Positions 1 through 12,122 of a DNA stretch of 64,000 nucleotides are shown here, one piece after another. How positions within the stretch are numbered: the first letter of the stretch is position 1; each line of letters starts with the position of its first letter. Source of the DNA: Setoptus koraiensis (Eukaryota; Animalia; Arthropoda). The stretch spans positions 1,922,001-1,986,000 of the forward strand of contig CM106585.1 in NCBI GenBank assembly GCA_048013815.1, in the 5' to 3' direction. Both the position numbers and the translations under genes were made by a program. A model generated the notes under the pieces. That model did not search any database, was not told where the DNA came from, and worked only from the letters and a program-made list of their open reading frames with translations.

Positions 1-131
1 TGTTTCCCAGCAACAGCAAGCTTCTTCTCAGCAGTTCGAGAGGCCCCAGCATCATCGTCAATCGGCCGGCTCGCTGGCCGCTAATAATCCGTTCCACACG
101 CAAAAGGCCTCCATTCAGTTGCTGGTGATAG
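1..131 (+). CDS. Ig gene exon (5'-truncated by the window edge): ends with Ig G-strand KASIQLLVI
   Basis: The frame from base 2 is open (VSQQQQASSQQFERPQ...KASIQLLVI). Donor is ATAG|GTGAGT, phase 1. Confidence 0.75.
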
Positions 132-685
132 GTGAGTATGCAATGCAAATTCAAGTGCAAATAATGTCAGCGCCGCACAACTTTATCAATCATCGCTGGC
201 AATATCAATTTGAGTTTTGTGAACTCACTTATATTTATGTTTATACGTATATTATTCATGGCCGGGCCTCAACTAAACTGCCACCACTTGCCACTAAAAC
301 TGGGGCACTGGGGCCAGTTACTGCGAGCGCCGGCTCTATTATTTTACTGAGTTTTGAGTTTTATTTTTCGTCGCAAAACGATGACAGTCACGAAATGATA
401 AAGACAAAGATAGCGCCTCAAGAGTGTCATGCAATGTGTATAGATAAACAGCAGCACTCACCACGACGCACTGTCATGCATAGTCGATAGATGCTCGGCC
501 ATGATATTAAAACACGGAGGCGCTTGCCAGACAAGACCCGGCGAGCCGCTTGAGATGCTCGCGTTGGCCCATTTTGCCCATTTTGCGATGCCCAGATGAT
601 CCTCGATGATCTAGACGGGCGATTCGGGCGATTCCGGCGATGATGACGTGACGTGACGCGCAGCAACTGTGCCGCTCGCGATGGC

Positions 686-741
686 TCGCAAAGTGTGCGG
701 ATCGCCCTTGAGGCCTCAAGGGCGATCCGCACACTTTGCGA
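686..741. repeat. Perfect 56-bp palindrome (28-bp arms, no spacer)
   Basis: TCGCAAAGTGTGCGGATCGCCCTTGAGG|CCTCAAGGGCGATCCGCACACTTTGCGA. The same peptide appears in ORFs on both strands. Confidence 0.95.
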
Positions 742-1117
742 CCATTTTGCACCACGAGAGATCACACACTTTGCGCCGCGAGAGATCTCGCACTTTGCAC
801 TTTCGCGCACCATGAGAGTTCGCGCACTACGAGAGGCCCCAACTCTGAGGGGCCCCGCGCACGCTCGCGTGACACGAGCGACAACAATTGGGCGCGTAAC
901 GGATCGGCGAGCGGCGCTCTGGCGAGCAAATTTAAACCGCCGACTCAAGTGACGCGGATATTGCCAACGTCACTTGATACTGACCGATTGTTTGTGTTGA
1001 TTCATCATCTAATGACTCAATCTGTTTGCTCTTTGTATATTTTTTGCGCATTCCGTTTACCTGCCGCCGCTGCTGCTGCTATGACTGGCATAACTACAAA
1101 TACATATCTATATATAG

Positions 1118-1615
1118 TGCCACCCAGGGATATTCACATTGATTGTGCTCAAATAGGAAATAATAATGGCAAGTTCAACAGAGGCAGCCAGCACCAATTG
1201 AGAAAGCAGACGGTGCAACATCAATTGATGGGCCAGCAGCAACATTACACTGGCGCTGCAGCGACCAAAAATAATGCCAGAAATGATCGATGGCCCGGCA
1301 ACGGCAAAGGGGTCCAGTTGAGAAAAATAGATACAAACAGCGATGACTATCAGCGTTTATTGCGCACTAGCCTCACTCTAATGCAACATGTCAAGCAACA
1401 ACAACAACAACAACAACAACAACATGGCGCTGATGCATTGTCTCCGAATGCAACAGACAGTGTCCAAGCGGGCGCATTGGCGGGCCAAAACAGGATGAAA
1501 TTGTATCTATTGGAGGCCGGCGAGGGACAAAAATTGAACATCTCCTGTCAAGTGGGCCCATCGAGGCCGGCAAGCGACGTAGTTTGGTACAAGCGTCACA
1601 TACAACTGTTACCAG
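1118..1615 (+). CDS. Ig gene exon: VPPRDIHI...GEGQKLNISCQVGPSRPASDVVWYK (first half of an Ig domain)
   Basis: Lies within ORF 736..1740. Acceptor TATATAG|, donor CCAG|GTGAGT. Contains Ig B-strand Cys and C-strand Trp. Length 498 nt keeps phase 1-1. Confidence 0.85.
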
Positions 1616-1647
1616 GTGAGTGGGGTCTCTATTGGTATTTATATCCC

Positions 1648-1724
1648 TGTTATATCGCTGTTATATCGCTGTTATATCGCTGTTATATCGCTGTTATATC
1701 GCTGTTATATCGCTGTTATATCGC
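1648..1724. repeat. Tandem repeat (TGTTATATCGC)x7
   Basis: Seven exact 11-mers read directly. Confidence 0.95.
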
Positions 1725-4522
1725 TCTTACCGTGGCGTAACAAGCGGGCAAATATTGTCATGTCGTCGCTGGCGAGCTCGCGATATTTTCGCTGTGATTT
1801 CTGGTATTTGGTTGCACGGCAGCCAGACGCGGCGCATTGTGTCGTGTTTGTTTCTTTGCTTGGCTTCATTTCAATGGCTGCTGCTAAACAAGCAAAAACT
1901 TGCACCGATTGAATTCTCGCTCGTCACTGGCCCGATGACCAAACAAATTAATCTTGCCACACTGGTCACGCTGCCGTCCACGCCGCAGCCATTTGGCGAG
2001 CTCGTTTAAGCCGCATCCGGCCCGCATCTCGGCCTGATCTGTGATCTCTGTGAGCCGTCCAATGCGCTGTCCAGCGTCGACCGGGGGCCCCACACACGCG
2101 AGACAGCACTCAGAGAAATGGAAAATTTTAATCGCTGGCTCGTAAATCTTTGACTTTGTCGCTCAATTCTTTTCGCCTGCTCGCCGCATCAGTGTCTGCA
2201 AACTCGCCGCGAGCCCCTCAACCAACCAGCGAATGCCAACCAATGGATGATATCATATCATTGATATGGCCAATGGGCCGATGGATTGGGCCACTTCCAA
2301 TATTGACAACGCAGCCGACACTGGCCCCCGTCATTGGGGCCCCACGGCTTGTTAGGCCGTCTCGGTGTGGGCACGCCACAGCCGGCGAGCTTGTGCTCAT
2401 GCTGGCGTCATGTATTTTGTGTGTGTGTGTGTGCGTGACATATTGTAAATATATACTGTATCTCATGGCCTCTTGTCTTGTCTCGCTGTCTCTGCTGGTC
2501 GATGGGGCCCCATTGCCGGGGCCCCATCGTTGATCGGGCCCCATCGATTTAGACGCGCCTGAGTAACTCGGCGCTGTTTCTCGCTGCAACAGCTCGATCA
2601 TCTTGCTTCTTTGCGCGCCGCCGTCTTGTTATTCTTGCTGCTTATTCTTGTTGCTGGTCGCTTGCTCGCATCAAACTCCAACTGGGGCCCCGCTGCAGTC
2701 CGAACCCCAACCCCAACTCGAGCTTGAACCCAAACCCAACTTGAGCACATGCACGCACAATGAATAACGGTCATGACGGCACCAGCTGCTTGCCAATATT
2801 CATCATACTGGGTGCCATAGACAGAATTATACGGACGGCATTGTAACAAGCGCGCAGCGAGAAGAAATAGCTGATTGCGTTTGATTGGACTGGCAAATTT
2901 GCCACTGGCTGCCGGCGAGCTGCAACCATCCAACTCGGATGATCCCAGTCATAATATATTCATATCGCATTAGACTGGCTGTCTCGGCAGCGTCTCGCCA
3001 ACGACGCGGCGACGTCTTGGCTGGTGACGTAAGACAGACAGACGAGTTCAGTGATTTGTCCGATCGGCCAGCTTGCACGGCAACTCTCGGTCGCTCCATC
3101 TCGTCTCCTGTCTTCTTCTGAGGCAAGCAGCCATCGGCTAAATGAACAGTTAATTGAAATTAAAATTACATTGGCCTCGTCATCGTGAACGCCACTCAAT
3201 TACGGGGCCGCTTGCTCGTAGCTCTGTAAATGTTGCGCCACTCAGCCATCAATCACACTGACTACCTGAGATCGGCCAGCCGTGATTTGGTATCCATGAA
3301 TATGCACAGAAAGCGCGGATATCATGACACAATATTGATCTAGGCGCGGATAATTGATAATCTGCACAGATCTCCACATTATACAGTATTATGGGCGCTT
3401 GCAAAGTGCAACGACCACACGAGCCGGTCAAGATTCATGAATCACAATTAATTGTGATTCATATGTGGTCGTGTCAGAAATGCTATTGCCTGGCACGGGA
3501 CTTGTAGCGATTTTGTAACAGAAACTTGTGACGCCCGGTCCGTCGTGCATCACAATAAATCATTTATTATGATTTATGATACCTGTGCAATTAATCTGAG
3601 GCCATCTCAACTGAGTCAGTTGGGCCAGCTCAACAGTGTGCCCGTAAAGCCCGTTTGTTATTAACTGATAACAAGGTGAGAATTGCGAGAATCGCCAGAG
3701 TACAATGACCACAACTCGTGCATTGATGCGTTTGCACGAGCCAACTAATCTGCTGCAATCTGCTGGGCAGTCTTGACGCCTCACCTATTTATGCAATATC
3801 ATCGGCCAGTTTGTGTTACAAACGGTCGTGCCACAATGTGGCCACTGGCACGTTGCCGGGCCGGCCAGGCCATTGTGGCGCCTCCATTCACTTCCGTGTT
3901 TTACCCGTATCCAATTTCTCGTTTCTTGCCAATGACACCAATGAATGGACCGCTGACCAATGGAATTGCGTCTCGCTGTTATTATTATCAACTCTCTTTA
4001 TAACAACCACAACTGCGACGGTAACGGATTGAAAGGACAGGTTTCATTATGTTATTATTATTATTATTATTATGGCAGTCATGGCAGATATACACAGCCG
4101 ATATCTGCGATAACAACTGTGAGTGTGAGCCCACGTTATTGTGTCATGCGTTACCTGATTAGGTAACATGTGTAACAACACGTTGTAACAAACAGATGAT
4201 AATAATAACATGTTGTTTGTCGTTGCATTGGTCGCATCATTTATGGGGCCCCGTTCACGGCTCCGTTCGGTGGCTCTTTTGGGCGGCTTGCACTGGTGCT
4301 TTGGGTGGCTTGCACTGGTGCTTTGGGTGGCGTGGTCGCCCCCAACGCACCAGCACAGAGACACCGATGAGATTACGAATGCTGCCATTATACGCTCGTG
4401 TGATATGACTGCAATCTTGCGGCCAACGGCATGGCACCAATGTTGCGGGGCCCCGATGAATTCACGTGCCAAAGCACGTGCCAAAGTTACACAGTGCCAA
4501 TGCAGGCACATCTAACAATTTT

Positions 4523-4556
<34 letters not shown>

Positions 4557-6327
4557 GCCCATGAATGGCTTACATCATCAAAGTTAGATGGCCCAAATTG
4601 AAAGATTGCCATATCAGGGCCCCCGTATCAACGTGCTGTCGGCAAGGCCGGCACAGCCAGCGAAATGGGGCCAAACTTTTGAAAAAATTATCCTTATGTG
4701 TTGGATTAGTTGCGGGGCCGTACGTTACGCAACGCGCGCGTATATCGCCTAGCGCGTATATAATAAGCGCGCGATATAATGATTTTTGCGCTGTTGCGCC
4801 GTATCCGTTCTCTGCTGTTCTGTTGTTGTTGTTGCTGTTGTTGTATTTTGTGCGCATTTTGCCAGATTCAAAATCACGTTCGCCATTAATGTCATGTGAG
4901 TCGTGTGTGAGTTGAGCAACTGGCCAGATTATATCGCCAGCCTCGATCATTTAATATGTATCATAAGAGAGCGGCACACAGTCTTGAAGCAGCGGCCTAA
5001 TGCGAAGTAAGTCTGGCGAGCTTCACATTAGGCGGGCTCACGCGTCAGGTCAACCTATGAGCAGATAATATCCGACACGAGTCGCATTCCATGGGGCCCG
5101 AGCAGTTGTTGTTGCTGTTGTTGGTGCCGGCGCCAGCGCTGATTAACTTGCTGCAAACGTGCAAACGAGACATGTCAAGTCCGAACGGGGGCCCCACAAG
5201 TTTGCGCCTTGTGCCACCAGTCATACTACTAGAAATGAATGGAATTAGTTGTTGTATCGCGCTGTAGCAACTATCAATTAATAACTCGGCAGTTCGTGTT
5301 AAGTCGACTTATTAGCGAGCACACAACAATAATTAGATAATGATTAGCTCTTACCGTACCAATGGCCATTAGCGGCGGCTGTCTGCTTATTTGCTATGGG
5401 TGGGGGTGGGGGCCTCTCTCTCATTGGTGCCTAGGTGAGTGGCGTGTTTGTTGCCGTGGGGCTCGTTGCCAGCAGCCATGTATAACACAAGTGCAATTTG
5501 CAGCTAACTTGCATTTTATTTGTTTGAATAAATTGTAATAAAGTCTGTGTGTATCCCTTTGGATAAACACACTTTTTGGTGAGTTTTCTGGCCAAATTTG
5601 CCGGCGAATTCCGGCATAGCCAGACAGATTCTGGCACACAAGAGGCGCACAGCCAGACCGGAACGTGGGGGCGCACACACACACAATCAATTTTCATTTG
5701 ATGCAATCAAACTCATTTGCATAATCATTACAATGGCTACCTAGTTGTGCTGGCTGTTTATTGTTAATCAGGCCAATTTGGCGTGTCTGGCTCAATGTTG
5801 AGTACACTATCCAGTTAATATAATGTCATTTGTGATATATAATTGCAGTCCAGCCAAATCCAGCCAAATTCCGTCCGTTCCAAGCGGCGGCGACAGCGGC
5901 ACTGAAGTGTCATCGCTTCATCGAGCACTTCACTCTGATTGTCAACAACACTGTATTACACTGTATGATAATAGCATTACGTAAGACTGCTCCTTGGACT
6001 GCCTCATTCTCCGCTCTGTTCTGTCGCTCCGCTATGTTCTGTCGCTCCGCTATGTTCTGTCGCTCCGTTGTGTTCTGTCGCTCCGGCCAAGAGCATTGGT
6101 CAAGTTGGGCCCATATGACGGCCGAGGCGCCAAGTGAAGCCAGCAAAATGACAGCCAAGCAATCAAATGCACGCAGCATAACATTGTACCTAAATTATCA
6201 TTATTGTCATTAATCCTTTTGGGCCTTCTTGGCCTGCTCTGCCTCTGTGTCTCATCTGTCTCTATTTGTGTCTGTGTCCCATTTAATTGACCACTGTCCA
6301 CTCATGCATACTCGTGACGATCTGTAG

Positions 6328-9300
6328 AGGCCTCAACTGTGAGCTACCAGCGAGTCCAATTTCATCATCATTGGCACAATCATAATGAAACCACGACGAC
6401 CACGACGACGACCACGACAACCGCTAATAGCAACCGACAACAAGCAACGCATGAACAACACTTGAAATTAGATAGACTTGATTCAAGTGCTGATTATGAT
6501 ATGCATGATAGCACTAATGTTGCATTAATAATGCACAACGATAATAATAATAACAATAATAATGGTATTAGACAAGCAAAGACGAAAAAGGGAATTACAT
6601 CATCGTCATCATCATCAGCTCAGTCTTATTGGTCAGCTAATCAGCGTGACAATACGGGCCAAGTGACCTCTGATAGCGATTATATAACAAGTGATAAAAA
6701 CCATACAACAGGCAGCCAGCAAGATAAGATGCTCTTAACATTGACCAATAGTGAGATTGTTATTTATCCAAAACAAGAGCAAATATATATTTGTGAGTCG
6801 CAATTTGCGCACTCACAATTATACCTACAACAATCAATGGTGACAAGTGATACGAATACAAACACAACCAGCACATTTACAGTTAATAACGACACTTCCG
6901 GTCCACAAGTCACCATACCGAACACAAACCATTTGTTGCCTTTGAGAGCAGTTATTTTAGTCAAGACATATCAATATCCGTCTGATATAAGAATATTTTA
7001 CAGCAGCAGCAACAACAACAACAACAGCGGCGATAGTAGCAATAATGTTAGAATAGAAAACAATACAAGCGTCACCAATTTAACTCGTGGCCAACAAATA
7101 CAATTCACCTGTATGGGTCGGCCCGGTTGGCCGGTGGGTCGTATGTTTTGGTCACTCAATAACAGGCTCATTCCGAGCGAATTGAATGCATTTGAGCGGC
7201 AACATGTGACTATTGTGATAGAGCCCAGTTTGGCCAGAGTCAACAACGTGACCAACGATTATCTGTTTATGCCAGCATCAGCTCGAACAAGTGATAATAA
7301 TAATCCCGTTAACAACGCAACTAGTCAAATGAGTGGCGCTTCTGCAGTGCTAATGTTAATTAGCAAAGTGCAGCTAACATTGGACAGCGATGACTTTGAT
7401 GCGGCCCAATTGGCTTGCTCCATCACTAATGAGCGCGAAAATAACGATAACGATGATAAGCACAACATAACAGCACACTGGGTGCCCAACGGATTCAACA
7501 GCTCGCCAGACAAACTGAGCAGCAGCAGCAGACAAATTGCCAGCTCAACATTTGTGCTCGAGATGGTGTACGGGCCACCGGAAGTAGAGAAGAGCCTCTT
7601 TGTTTGGGGTGACAGTGTTGTAAGTGAGAATCAGTGGGCAACGTTTAAATGTTTGAGCTTGGCCTCGATGAATCCCATTTATCCAGTGGAGTGGCTCATA
7701 AATGGCCAATTGTTGGCTGCAAATGACATGCAAGACCAAAAGCAAAACAATACACGCAGTACAGAGTACAATCACAATAGGAGAAAAAGTCGCAACGTTG
7801 ACACAGGTGCCGGTGACAATAATTATCATGTCGACGATGATGACATTGGCACAGAATTGAATGATTCTCATCAGTGGCACAAGCCCGCCAGAATGGGGCC
7901 CGTTACTCGGATGGGGCCCCACTCTGGAACGGGGCTCGACTCGAGGAGGGGCCCCAGTGCAAAGGCACAAACGCAAGCAGCCGGACTGAATGAGCGGCGA
8001 ACTGATCAAGTATCTAACGGTTATGCCATTATCAGCACAGAACAACAATTGAAACAGCGCGACCAGCCAGCAGTGCTGCTGCAGTTGCGTCATACATCAT
8101 CGCCGGCGAGCTACAGAGAGCAAACACAAGCGACAACAGCGACAACAACGACAACAACGACAACAGCGACAACGGCTACAACGGAGACAACAACGACAAC
8201 AACATTAACTACAACGGCCACTGTCACGCGGCCAGCTTTAGAAACAACGCCAGCGACAGTTGTGCCATCTGCAGGAACTGTCACACTTCCGCAGCTTGCA
8301 AACAAACAAATTAATGGTGCGACGCAATGTAAATCATCATCAGCGCCATCATTTGGGCCTCAAGTCAGCCAAGATTGCCTGCAGATTGCCGGCGGTGGCG
8401 CCGCTGGTGCCGCCTCATCGTTCACTTCTTCGCCTGGCGCCGCTGTCTTGCACTTTGGGCCCCATTCATCGACGGCGGCCGGCGATAATGGTGACGTGCA
8501 CCATGGCCTGGCCAGCAGTGCACCACCAGCACCACCAGCACCACCAGCAACAACAGCACCACCAGCACCACCAGCACCACCAGCGGCAACAGCGGCAACA
8601 GCGGCAACAACAGCAACAACAGCAACAACAGCAACAACAGCGGCAACAGCAGCAGCAACAACAGCAACAACAACAGCGGCAACAACAGCGGCAACAACGG
8701 CCGACAATAGTCATAACCATTCGTCCAAGCTGACTGCTGCCAGCAATGACAAGAGGCCCGGCGACGGCCATAATGATAATGGCGCCCTCTATAACAGATG
8801 GCGTCACTACAATCAGGGCGGCCAGTTGGTGGCAACAGAAACTATGATATCAGGCTTAATCAAGCAACAACGCCGACAATATCATGACAACAATAATCAG
8901 GCCAACAACGCAGCCGGAGAAACGACACTAGGGGCGCCCCATCACGTAACGCAATGGCCGGCCGAGTTACAGCTGGCTGACAGAAGTGATATGGCAAAAG
9001 GTGACGGCAAACAAATAGGGCCTGCCCGTGGTGACAAGTGTGATGATTCTTCAATAGTTTCTCTGCGACAAAATGATGATCAAAATGATCAAGCAACAAT
9101 GTCAGCGGCAATTGTTGTTAACAACAAACAGTCTTGCCATAATAATAATAATAATGCACAAGCAAACTCAACGGGCCAACCGAGCATAGGGGCGCTCGAG
9201 ACGCTCAGCAACGATTACGTGACTGTTGGCGGGACCACTCTAGCGGTAAATCACCAAACTACTGCTGACAAGAGAGTGAGCCCACTTCTTGTGGGGGCCA

Positions 9301-11325
9301 CTGTGCGAGCCAAAAGAAACGACGCCACCAGTGATGATATATATGGAAATAAATTCATTGCCATTAATGGCGCAATGCAAACAATACTGCAAGTGCCCGT
9401 TGAGTACTTCGGTGGGGCCTCTATCGTGGGGCCACTGGCTGCCGGCGACTCAACTAACGGGCCGCTAACGGAAGATTGGTGGACCGATAAGGGGGCACAA
9501 AACAAAATGAGAAGAAGAATTGGAAAATGGGTGAATGTGTCGAAATTGCATGAACACATTCACCAGCGGCCAGCATCAGTTGCAGTCGAGACGACGTCCG
9601 ATGATGAGCTGATGATGATGCTGACACATGGCCAGCAAATAGCGGATTTAGTTGAAAATTTTGGCCATTCTCAATACGTTGTCAATGGTGCAACTTTGGC
9701 GCCATCGGATTCATTTAATCAGCATCACAATCACGATAACGACAACGATGAGGGCCTCCGATGGGGCCAATGGGCAAGCCAACAAAACATGCCCGCTCAG
9801 CTGAGCGAACGGGCGCCCGAAGACAGCGGCGATCAGCCGCTGGACACGGCCCAACAGCGAGCTGGGCCCCTTATATCGGAGATCGTATCCATCACTGGCG
9901 TATACAGCGATAATAGTGGCAATAATAATAAAAATGATGGTGCCAGTTATGTGCCAGCAACAGAAATCGACGCTGGGGCCCTGTCGGCAGCAACGGTCAG
10001 CGCGATGACGACAAGTGGCAGCAGGAAGAAAAAAATTGAATCTGGCGCCGCCGCCATAAGAGAGGCCCCAAAACCTTTTAGGGTCAATAGATCGGGCGCC
10101 GCCTATAGGCAATTGACTTTAAGCGTCCTGAACATAACTTTAAATGGGGCCTACATTAGAGCTTACACTTTCAATCAGCAGCACCCTGGCCTGCACAACA
10201 ATGGCCCAAAGCGCCATCTATATGTTAATGATGAGGGCCTGTATCGGGCGTATCAGGGGGCCGGCATCTCGGTGGAGTGTCGCATGAGAGCGCCAATTGC
10301 GCCAAAAACTGGTCGTCGCATTTTATCACAGCCACAACCGCATCGAGCCAAGCAGTCGGGCAGTCAGCTGACGGGCAGAGTAGTGGGCGGCAAGGAGGTG
10401 AACGACGATTACGACTTGGTGTCGCTGATGGGTCGCCCGGGGCTCACAAGTGTCGGAAGTGCTGCCGGCGGTGTCGTCGAGGATAATTTGCGGCAAGATT
10501 CATCAGAGAAAGTCGTCGAGTCGTCGCTCGTTACGTTGACCTCGAACATTTTTCGGGTTGCACTAAACTACGCGCCGGTCAGCAGGCCGGTGCTGAGGAT
10601 ACCCGGATACGGCGGCCCTGGTGGGTATTTGGTGGCAAGCGAGAGCCGAGAATTGCCGGCAACGAAACAACAGTTGCTAACTATTGCCCAGCTGGAACAA
10701 CAAATCGAGTGCCTCATTTATGGCGGACATCCGAGACCCGTGCTGGAGTGGGCGTGGACCGGCAAGCGAGCCTCGCCACTGGGCCCCAGTGAAGAAGCCA
10801 GCGACGCTGGCAGCATTAACGGCAGCAGCGAATTTAGAACGGACGGATCGCGTTCGGTGCGAACGCGAGAGTCGCAGCAACAACAGCAACAACAACAACA
10901 ACAACAGCAACAGCAACAGCAACAACAACAACAAATGGAAGGAAAACATTTTATACAGATGGGGCCAGTGGGGGCCGAGGGGCCGGCGAGCCAAGCTGGC
11001 TCGTGGCCAGCGGCGCGCTCGCCGGCGAGTTATGCGAATGAAAAGAATCAAAATGATGAGAGTTCTGGCTGGTCAGCGCGCGGTCATCGGGAGTCATGGC
11101 CTAATCGGCTAACGATGCGCCACAACAAGCAACATGATGATAATATAGCCAGCAGTGGTGGCGTCATTGGCGGTGTCAGTGAAGCAGAAGTTGTGACGTC
11201 GAAAAGGAGTTTTCGCGCCAACAACGATGATCACATGAGCAGGATTTGTTGCCAAGCCAGCAGCTCAAACTCTTCAATGCTATTCTACCAATTGGCAAGC
11301 GATGACTTGACTCTAAATATCACGT
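6328..11325 (+). CDS. Ig gene giant exon (4,998 nt): second half of one Ig domain plus three further Ig domains with large low-complexity insertions
   Basis: ORF 6339..11381. Acceptor CTGTAG|, donor ACGT|GTAAGT. Motifs: YICESQ; QFTCMGRPGWPVGRMFWSL...QLACSITN; ATFKCLSLASMNPIYPVEWLING...ISVECR; QIECLIYGGHPRPVLEWAW...RICCQAS; LTLNIT. Confidence 0.88.
8120..8705 (+). repeat. Coding ACA/GCA/CCA microsatellite encoding Thr/Ala/Pro-rich tracts
   Basis: ACAACAGCG/GCACCACCA-type units in frame within the 5-kb exon. Confidence 0.9.
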
Positions 11326-12006
11326 GTAAGTACATTATACAACGTGTGCCAATGTTATGTAACTGGCCCAACTGTGCCTAACTGTGCCCAACTGTGCCTA
11401 ACTGACCGGCGTGGGGCTCGTTTGGGCGCCCTCGGAGCATCGCCCAGGTTGGCGCGGTGATTCGAACGAGCCGGTCGAAGGCGAGCTGTCGAAGCGGCCC
11501 AATTGCAGCCAAACGGCACAAAGTTAGAGGAAGTGCCCGAAGAAAAGTGGTGGCCGTAGTGTGGCCAACGGTAATTTTGCTGACAGGTATCGGGCCAAAT
11601 TGTGACTGGCACGCCAGACACCAGAGGCGCCCCTAAACTAATTTTAATCTACTCGCTCAATTTACTTAAAGGGGTCGCGGCTGGCAGTCTGGCTGGCTGG
11701 CGCGCCAGAGATAACCATTTTTGCAAGTTGTTGCAACAATCCAACTCGTTGCAACTTGCCGACTTGGCCATCTTGTCGCTGGCCGCTCGCCAGGGGCCCA
11801 CTTGCTACAGCGGGCCCAACATTGGGCCACTTTGCTGCTGGGCGCTCATAGTAGCCGGCTCATAGTAGCCAGCTCATAGTGAATTCAATGAATTGATAAT
11901 GAGAATAATAACAAGAACAACTTATCGCATCTTTTTACACCCCATTACGCAACCAACTGGCTCATCGTTCGACACATCGATGCCACATTCAATACAATTG
12001 ATGCAG

Positions 12007-12122
12007 TTTTGCAAAAAACTCTCACAATGAGCATACACACGGCCCCTACCGACGACAGCAGCAGCGCCGCCACTAGGGTTGCAGCCAGCGCTGGCGAGCA
12101 CCCTATAAGGGAACATTCGCAA
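12007..12122 (+). CDS. Ig gene small exon (FLQKTLTMSI...GEHPIREHSQ), not shown in the ORF track
   Basis: Acceptor GATGCAG|, donor CAA|GTAAGT. Supplies the phase 1-to-0 bridge needed between flanking exons and yields PIREHSQ-ANITC, a typical Ig A'/B-strand pattern. The 5' boundary is less certain than the 3' boundary. Confidence 0.7.

Noticed and set aside
427-952. Overlapping ORFs on both strands (173 aa, 99 aa) sharing a peptide
   Set aside because: Artefact of the 56-bp palindrome and GC-rich repeats inside an intron.
736-1117. N-terminal part of ORF 736..1740 as protein
   Set aside because: Upstream of the acceptor at 1117 and intronic. The tail after 1615 is the 11-bp tandem repeat.
8111-8835. 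Poly-Cys, poly-Val, poly-Leu and poly-Gln ORFs resembling metallothionein or membrane proteins
   Set aside because: Alternative-frame shadows of the coding microsatellite. The same applies to similar ORFs at 37.4, 43.3-43.9 and 55.7-56.1 kb.
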